Positions 58,723 to 64,000 of a stretch of DNA of 64,000 bases are shown piece after piece. A program made the position numbers and the translations under genes. Under the pieces are notes generated by a model, which searched no databases, was not told where the DNA came from, and was given only the letters and a program-made list of their open reading frames with translations. Origin of the DNA: a virus (lineage: Duplodnaviria; Heunggongvirae; Uroviricota; Caudoviricetes); the IMG/VR virus record IMGVR_UViG_3300042154_004306; one strand, given 5' to 3'. Position 1 is the stretch's first letter; each line of letters begins with the position of its first letter.

Positions 58723-60336
58723 TTAGAATTTTGGACACTTAAGAGGTCCGCCTGGAGCTGGCATGGTAGGCATGCTCGGTAGGCTAAATCTAATTCGAGG
58801 AATTTTGATTGAGATTGATTCGTCCGCCCAGCTTATGTGACCTTTCCATTCTCCGCTAGGAGTTGCAGTTGCCAAAACCTCGGTTTCAGGTTTTTGAGGA
58901 ACCTCATAGGTGAAGCTTAGGAAACACATTGAGTATCGCCAAGGTGAATAGATTGCCTCGTATTCTGGAGTTCTTGCACCTGGCTTGCCGAACTTTGGAT
59001 CAGCCATTTCCTTGGCGGTCCAAACCGGTCCACGTTCTGGGTCCTCTCTGTTTTTGGCAGTATTGACAGTTGGGACGACGGTTATTCCGCTGGCAGCGAT
59101 TGCATCAGCAAGGGCTTTATTAATGGAGGCTAAACGATCCTGAGCGAGTCCAGCATTGCCGGTTTTTCCATTCGCTGACCTGTACTTTGAGGGGACTCTA
59201 CTTGTGCTTGAATAACCCCAAGTGCTAATGGCGGTTATTGTACCGCCAGCAGATTTCACCGCGTCTACTGCCTGCTCGACAGCCGCATTAATCTCGGCAA
59301 TCGCTTCAGGCTTAACGGCCACGCCGTTATCCGGAAACATGCTTAAGCCCTTTTTGAAATTAGGGCTAGTTTCATCGCCCTTTGGATCTTCCGGATAGGA
59401 AAATACCAATGGTGGAGGAGCTGCTTGCGGAACGGTTGTGTCCACCTTAACCGTGATCTTTTCGTTCTGTGGTGCAATATAGAGATCGGTTGCGGCCATG
59501 ATTGCCTTCGGCATGTCGAGCTGAACTCCAGCCTTTTGTTTTCGGGCAACATAGGCCTCAGCCTTTTGTTGAAATAGATCAAGTAGAGCCTTTTTGTTCT
59601 CATCATTAATCTGAGTGCTTGCGGCCCAGTAATTATTGACCTGGTCCGGATTGGTACGCATCTGTTCCAACCAGTCAATTGAGCTCTTTGGATCCTTGCC
59701 CAATTCAGAGGTTGAGTAGTAGGCAACTCTCCAGGCCTTAAGCACCCTAACCAATTGGTCGTTTGGCTTGGGCTTGTCAAGGTCAGCCGCGATATCTGAG
59801 ATTTTAAGAGTATCGAACTTATTATCGACTAGGGCTCCTGGAATAAGGGCTCCCAGGACCTGAACGGTCTTTGGCACAAAACCCTTAGGCTGTAACTCCT
59901 TTAGCTTCCGAACGGCGGTGGCTAACCCCGTAAGTTTGGTCTGGTCAAGGCCAAGCCGTTGGCCGTTACGAACGATTGAGTCAGAGACCTTATAGAAATC
60001 GGTAAGGTTGGCCGTGGCTTGGCCTGAGGAGCCCGTACCCGACCAGTAATAGATTGATTTTAGGGAACGGGTAGTATCTGTCTTGCGAGCCGAGCCCTGC
60101 TTTAGGATTGACCGGATTAGGCCCAGATTACCGGACCCGTTCTTCCACCATTCCATGACTGCGGCATAGGCTGGGTGAGCCTTTATCTGAGCGGAGTCAG
60201 CGGTTTGAGCCAGGGCAACAAGACCCTTACGGTCTCCGGCCTGATACATTGAGGTTGAGTCGGAGCCCTCAGCCTCGTGCAGGCCAAGCGACTCGGTCAA
60301 CCAGTCAGAATAGGACTTTATAATTGAATTTTTCAT
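58723..60336 (-). CDS. Tag-bearing protein with OmpA-like C-terminal domain
   Basis: IKSYSDWLTES; GYSS...NAGLAQDRLASI; late promoter at 60368-60375. Confidence 0.55.
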   Translation of the reverse strand: MKNSIIKSYSDWLTESLGLHEAEGSDSTSMYQAGDRKGLVALAQTADSAQIKAHPAYAAVMEWWKNGSGNLGLIRSILKQGSARKTDTTRSLKSIYYWSGTGSSGQATANLTDFYKVSDSIVRNGQRLGLDQTKLTGLATAVRKLKELQPKGFVPKTVQVLGALIPGALVDNKFDTLKISDIAADLDKPKPNDQLVRVLKAWRVAYYSTSELGKDPKSSIDWLEQMRTNPDQVNNYWAASTQINDENKKALLDLFQQKAEAYVARKQKAGVQLDMPKAIMAATDLYIAPQNEKITVKVDTTVPQAAPPPLVFSYPEDPKGDETSPNFKKGLSMFPDNGVAVKPEAIAEINAAVEQAVDAVKSAGGTITAISTWGYSSTSRVPSKYRSANGKTGNAGLAQDRLASINKALADAIAASGITVVPTVNTAKNREDPERGPVWTAKEMADPKFGKPGARTPEYEAIYSPWRYSMCFLSFTYEVPQKPETEVLATATPSGEWKGHISWADESISIKIPRIRFSLPSMPTMPAPGGPLKCPKF

Positions 60337-60471
60337 GTTTTGAAAACTAGTTAATTTTTATCAAGGTTTATTTATTCTTTGGGCTCCCAAAAAATGTTTT
60401 TTACTCTAATTCGGCTAAAGGTTCAGAGCGAGCGGTACAATAGCCTTATCTTAAACAAAATTCATTATAAC

Positions 60472-60756
60472 ATGAGCAAAACAAGCAAAAACACCGCTAC
60501 AACAGTTGAGGCAACTGTTGCGGTAACCAAGACAGCAAGCCGTAAGGGTATGAGCTACGCAAAATTAAGCCAAGATCAAAAGCGAGAAATCATCGCCGGC
60601 CGTAAAAATCGTGGTGATGGTGCAGTGATCGCAGCTAAAATGGGAGTAACAACAGCCTATGTGTCTAGTGTCATTACGGGTCGTAAGGCGAACCCGAAAG
60701 TGGTTAACCAAATGTACGACATGGTTAGAGGTCGTAAAGCAAAAGCAACAGCTTAA
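60472..60756 (+). CDS. Small basic HTH DNA-binding protein
   Basis: IAAKMGVTTAYVSSVITGRK.N. Confidence 0.7.
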   Translation: MSKTSKNTATTVEATVAVTKTASRKGMSYAKLSQDQKREIIAGRKNRGDGAVIAAKMGVTTAYVSSVITGRKANPKVVNQMYDMVRGRKAKATA

Positions 60757-60780
60757 GCAGAACAACCGGCCTAGACCAAC

Positions 60781-60807
60781 AAGGAGCCCCGTAAGGCTCC
60801 TTTTTTT
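60781..60807 (+). terminator. Intrinsic terminator
   Basis: AAGGAGCC-CCGTAA-GGCTCCTTTTTTT. Confidence 0.8.
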
Positions 60808-60843
60808 GGGTGGTTAGGCCAGGAGTCCATTTCAGCCGGTCTA

Positions 60844-61266
60844 TCATTGACCTAAATTTAGTAGTTTGTGTAGTTTTTCTGGAAGCAGGTCGCCGGTTGT
60901 AGCATCATACCAGTCGCCGGTGTCAAGGTCCCACAAGAGGTCAGCGTCAAACACCCTGGCCATCTTGAGCATAATCGCCAGCTTTTGACCAACCTCAGTT
61001 GCTGAGTATTCCCCAACCAAGGGCAACTTCCAAAACTGCTTAGGCGACTTGGCACTGGGCCAGTCACTATAGTAATTACACATCAGGACGGGCTCTCCAT
61101 TATCCAGCCGCGAGGATTCCAGCTCTCCATTATCCAGCCGCAAGGATTCCATACAGGTCAAGACCTTCCAAGTTAACTCATCACCTAGCCCAAGGCTTAC
61201 CAGGCGAATCTTATCAGCTAGGTCAAGGCTCTCCAAAACGAACCCCTTAAATGTCTGTGTTTTCAT
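60844..61266 (-). CDS. Tag-bearing paralog A
   Basis: TFKGFVLESLD..DKIRL..LGL; ARVFDADLLW; late promoter at 61271-61278. Confidence 0.7.
   Translation of the reverse strand: MKTQTFKGFVLESLDLADKIRLVSLGLGDELTWKVLTCMESLRLDNGELESSRLDNGEPVLMCNYYSDWPSAKSPKQFWKLPLVGEYSATEVGQKLAIMLKMARVFDADLLWDLDTGDWYDATTGDLLPEKLHKLLNLGQ
61092..61151. repeat. 30-nt in-frame tandem duplication
   Basis: GCTCTCCATTATCCAGCCGC(G/A)AGGATTCCA, two copies. Confidence 0.9.
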
Positions 61267-61329
61267 AGAGTTATTTATCGCGAGCCCGGCCCCACCAAGG
61301 GGGTCCTGCCGGCGGTGCAGGCACGCCAG

Positions 61330-61770
61330 TTATTCAAGGCCAAGAGCCCGGTGGAGCTTGCCAATGTGCTCGCCGGTCCGGGCGTCGAGCCAAGTATTAT
61401 CGGGAATTTTCCATACCAGGTCAGCGTCAAACTTGCGAGCGAGCCTCATGATCTCCGAGTCCACAATCCGGGGATCTACCGGGCCTTTCCGTCTTGACCT
61501 GATCATCTTGTCACTATACCATTCAACCCAATCACGATCCCTCTCAGTCGTACCCGGCCAGTTCTCGTAGATCCAACAGTGCATATAGTTGTGTAAATGC
61601 ACGTAGTTTAGCAGCCGGTCCCAGCCGGGTTGACTAAGCCGGTCCCAGTCAACCTGGACCTTTAGGACACGGGCCCCATGGTCAAGACCAAGCTGAGCAA
61701 GCCTAAGCCGGTCTTCCCAGTCCAGACTCTCGGTCAAGAACTCTGCAAATGATTTAATTGAATGGTCCAT
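61330..61770 (-). CDS. Tag-bearing paralog B
   Basis: IKSFAEFLTESLD.EDRLRL..LGL; ARKFDADLVW; TATAAATA at 61779-61786. Confidence 0.7.
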   Translation of the reverse strand: MDHSIKSFAEFLTESLDWEDRLRLAQLGLDHGARVLKVQVDWDRLSQPGWDRLLNYVHLHNYMHCWIYENWPGTTERDRDWVEWYSDKMIRSRRKGPVDPRIVDSEIMRLARKFDADLVWKIPDNTWLDARTGEHIGKLHRALGLE

Positions 61771-61781
61771 ATAGTTAATAT

Positions 61782-62216
61782 TTATAGGGCGTCAGTTGCA
61801 AGCCATTGGAGACGATATTCATCATTAAGGGCCTGGTCAAGAAGAACAAGGATATGCTCCTGAGATACCCCTAATTCCCTAAGTCTTAGGGCAAATGGTG
61901 CAAATACCTGGTCAACCAGATCCGGATCCGTCCCATTTGCCTGGGCAACAACGGCCTTTGCCCTACGGATAAGCTTTGACCTATCAGTAATAAGCTTGGC
62001 CATAGAGACGGCCTTGCTCACCGGATTAGGACTAGCGACAAGCACCTTGGCTCTATCCCGGTCCTTGGGATCCGGAAAATTATGGAGTATGTAAAACAGC
62101 TCCCTACCCGATAAGTGCCAAGGAGGTGGTGGATTTCCCAATCCAATACGGTGTAGTTGAATATGGTCCGAATAGACGCTCTCAAATAGTGAATATGATA
62201 TGATATAGCTCTGCAT
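61782..62216 (-). CDS. Tag-bearing protein C
   Basis: True start probably MQSYIISYSLFES (62216); late promoter at 62221-62228. Confidence 0.6.
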   Translation of the reverse strand: MQSYIISYSLFESVYSDHIQLHRIGLGNPPPPWHLSGRELFYILHNFPDPKDRDRAKVLVASPNPVSKAVSMAKLITDRSKLIRRAKAVVAQANGTDPDLVDQVFAPFALRLRELGVSQEHILVLLDQALNDEYRLQWLATDAL

Positions 62217-62807
62217 GGGGTTATTTATATTGGGCACCAGACCCGGGGGAGAAACCGGAAAAAGTCCAGGGCCGTGACTCCGGGCCCGGGGAGAATTTGC
62301 ACCGGGTAGAGGGCGACCGCGGAAACCCCGGAACCCGGTCGCATTTGGTCGGGACGTAGACCCCAGGCCATGGGGATTTCGGAAAAAAGTAAAGTGCTGA
62401 GGTCGCCCTCCCGGAGTCATTTTATTACCTCGGCAAGGTCACTCCTGGAGCACAGCCAGGCGGCCAGGGGCCACTCCTGGGGTGCGCTGGGGGTCACTAC
62501 CGGAGCAGACCGGGCGGCCGCCAGGGGCTACTACCGGGGTCACTGCCCGGGTCGCAATTCCGGGTTACCGGGGTCGGTTCCGGCAAGGTCCGTCGGGCAG
62601 CGGGTTGCAGGGTCCGGGTCTGTCCAACCTCGCGAGACCAGGCAGGTCTGTGCAGACCTGTCCAGAGACCTGTGGAGACCTGTCCAACGTTGCGATTGTC
62701 TGACAGACATTGCGGTTTGCGGAGTCCGACTCCGCGGTCTGACCCGGTCTCGAGAACCTGGAACCTGGTCCGAGTATAAGAAGTTATTACTTAACCCCAG
62801 AAAAAAG

Positions 62808-63116
62808 ATGTTATCTGAAAATCTAGTTACCGAATTCTTCAGGATTCTCGAGAAGACGGGCCGGGACTGGCACCGGGTCCGTTGGGCAATCCGCGGCCTC
62901 GAATCCGAAATTCGACGTAGTGCTCACGGTCAACCCTGGTCAGATGAGCTTGAAGGTTACCTAGTCTTCCGGATTGGGGAGGCGCTGGCTACCGCCCAGA
63001 GTGTGGCAGTAGAGCGGGAGGAGTTTGAATGGGCGCATGAAATAGGGGTCCGGCTCAGGGAGCTTGGCCACGATCCTGAAAATACGTTAACCGTCAAAGA
63101 TGCAGAAACAGATTGA
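62808..63116 (+). CDS. Hypothetical protein with UVR-like motif
   Basis: ATG at 62808; AVEREEFEWAHEI. Confidence 0.5.
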   Translation: MLSENLVTEFFRILEKTGRDWHRVRWAIRGLESEIRRSAHGQPWSDELEGYLVFRIGEALATAQSVAVEREEFEWAHEIGVRLRELGHDPENTLTVKDAETD

Positions 63117-63285
63117 CATGATTGACCGGATTCTCGAGCGGGCTCTGGACCGCAAGGGTCTAATCGACTGGGCTTGGATAGATTCCGAACTTGCCAGAAA
63201 AGGAGCAACCGTGCAGAGACCGGTCTTACATAAACGGGTCAAGGCCCTGCTCGTGACCAGGGCAAAGAGACATTGGGTAAGATAA
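63100..63285 (+). CDS. Hypothetical protein
   Basis: Overlapping ORF. Confidence 0.5.
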   Translation: MQKQIDMIDRILERALDRKGLIDWAWIDSELARKGATVQRPVLHKRVKALLVTRAKRHWVR

Positions 63286-63327
63286 AACCCTAATCCGTAA
63301 TTTAAAAAAATAAAGAAGAAAAATACC

Positions 63328-63552
63328 ATGCAAAAACTAACAACTCTACTCGCGGCCCTGATTCTTGCGGTCGGACTCGCTTTTCTAGCCTCAGTACTTA
63401 TTGCCTATCCGGTCAAGTGGCTCTGGAACTGGCTCGCTCCGGCGATTTTTACCGGTGTCAAGGAGATTTCTGCTCTACAGGCCTGGGGTCTCGGGTTCCT
63501 ACTTAACCTCATGCTTCCAAACCGCAATCGGACTGAGAAGAAATCCGAGTAA
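63328..63552 (+). CDS. Small membrane protein
   Basis: WLWNWL.P.IF.GVKEIS..QAWG. Confidence 0.7.
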   Translation: MQKLTTLLAALILAVGLAFLASVLIAYPVKWLWNWLAPAIFTGVKEISALQAWGLGFLLNLMLPNRNRTEKKSE

Positions 63553-63608
63553 TCCGAAAGTTTAGGAAAAAAAAAAGCCCGGGATTTTTATTTCTCGGGT
63601 TTTTTGGT

Positions 63609-63616
63609 TATATTTG
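63609..63616 (+). promoter_or_regulatory. Bacteroidota housekeeping-sigma -7 element
   Basis: TATATTTG (TAnnTTTG) 21 nt before ATG 63638. Confidence 0.6.
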
Positions 63617-63637
63617 CTTTCTAAATCCAGAGAAAAT

Positions 63638-63799
63638 ATGTATACACTAGATTGCAACTATTACCAGAAGGAGTTCCGCACGGTCGACGAACTCTTAACC
63701 GACGTTCTCGAGAGCGGTACCGATCCAAACTACGAAATTCTCCGCAACGGCAAACCGACCGGCGAAACCGCATGGGACCTCATCGGCCCCGTGGCCTAG
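63638..63799 (+). CDS. Small early hypothetical protein
   Basis: Flanked by a promoter and a terminator (63818-63847). Confidence 0.6.
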   Translation: MYTLDCNYYQKEFRTVDELLTDVLESGTDPNYEILRNGKPTGETAWDLIGPVA

Positions 63800-63870
63800 C
63801 AAATTTTGCCTTAGCGATCCCAGCCCAGGAGGTTGGGATTTTTTTTTCTAAAAAAGTGAAAATAAATTTT

Positions 63871-63898
63871 TTTGTTTGAGAAATTGGTTGTATATTTG
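63871..63898 (+). promoter_or_regulatory. Bacteroidota housekeeping-sigma promoter
   Basis: TTTG upstream and TATATTTG at 63891-63898, ahead of ATG 63921. Confidence 0.6.
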
Positions 63899-64000
63899 CT
63901 TTATCAAATTCCAACAAACCATGCTTAATCACACCACATTTCCAACCGCTCTCCTTGCCGGTAACTCCCGACTAACGATCACCAACCCCGTAACTGGCCA

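Noticed and set aside
62217-62807. Long N-terminal extensions of ORFs 61782..62420 and 62370..63116, and ORF 62482..62703
   Set aside because: Arg/Gly/Pro-rich products of GC-rich DNA; promoter positions support starts at 62216 and 62808.
1-64000. Alternative genetic code (stop recoding)
   Set aside because: Core genes are full length in code 11, with TAG and TGA used as normal stops.

Overview
This window is part of a large T4-like (myovirus, jumbo-type) phage genome, very probably infecting Bacteroidota. Host evidence: bS21, DUF3127-like and DUF4494-like genes, TAnnTTTG promoters, and a tmRNA with a GGC resume codon. Layout from left to right: (1) 1-5 kb, sugar-modification genes (FkbM and other O-methyltransferases, a TibC/Aah-type heptosyltransferase); (2) tail-completion genes, a GIY-YIG homing endonuclease and a tmRNA; (3) baseplate, small and large terminase, PhoH, an ECF-type sigma factor and structural genes; (4) a putative DNA-modification trio; (5) many late genes whose products begin with a T4 internal-protein-like capsid-targeting tag; (6) bS21 and DNA repair/metabolism genes; (7) two AT-rich islands at about 38.1-41.7 kb and 42.9-47.5 kb; (8) a GC-richer right end where host-type early promoters begin. 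The most unusual items are: a repeat-scaffolded, in-frame modular gene array (six exact 23-nt terminal repeats plus shared internal linkers); about 15 tag-bearing putative virion-packaged cargo enzymes; a thyA split in two by a free-standing endonuclease with no room for an intron; an integron-type attC cassette; a hairpin/late-promoter switch on the endonuclease downstream of the tmRNA; and two candidate frameshifts. All product calls come from motif recognition by eye; no database searches were run.
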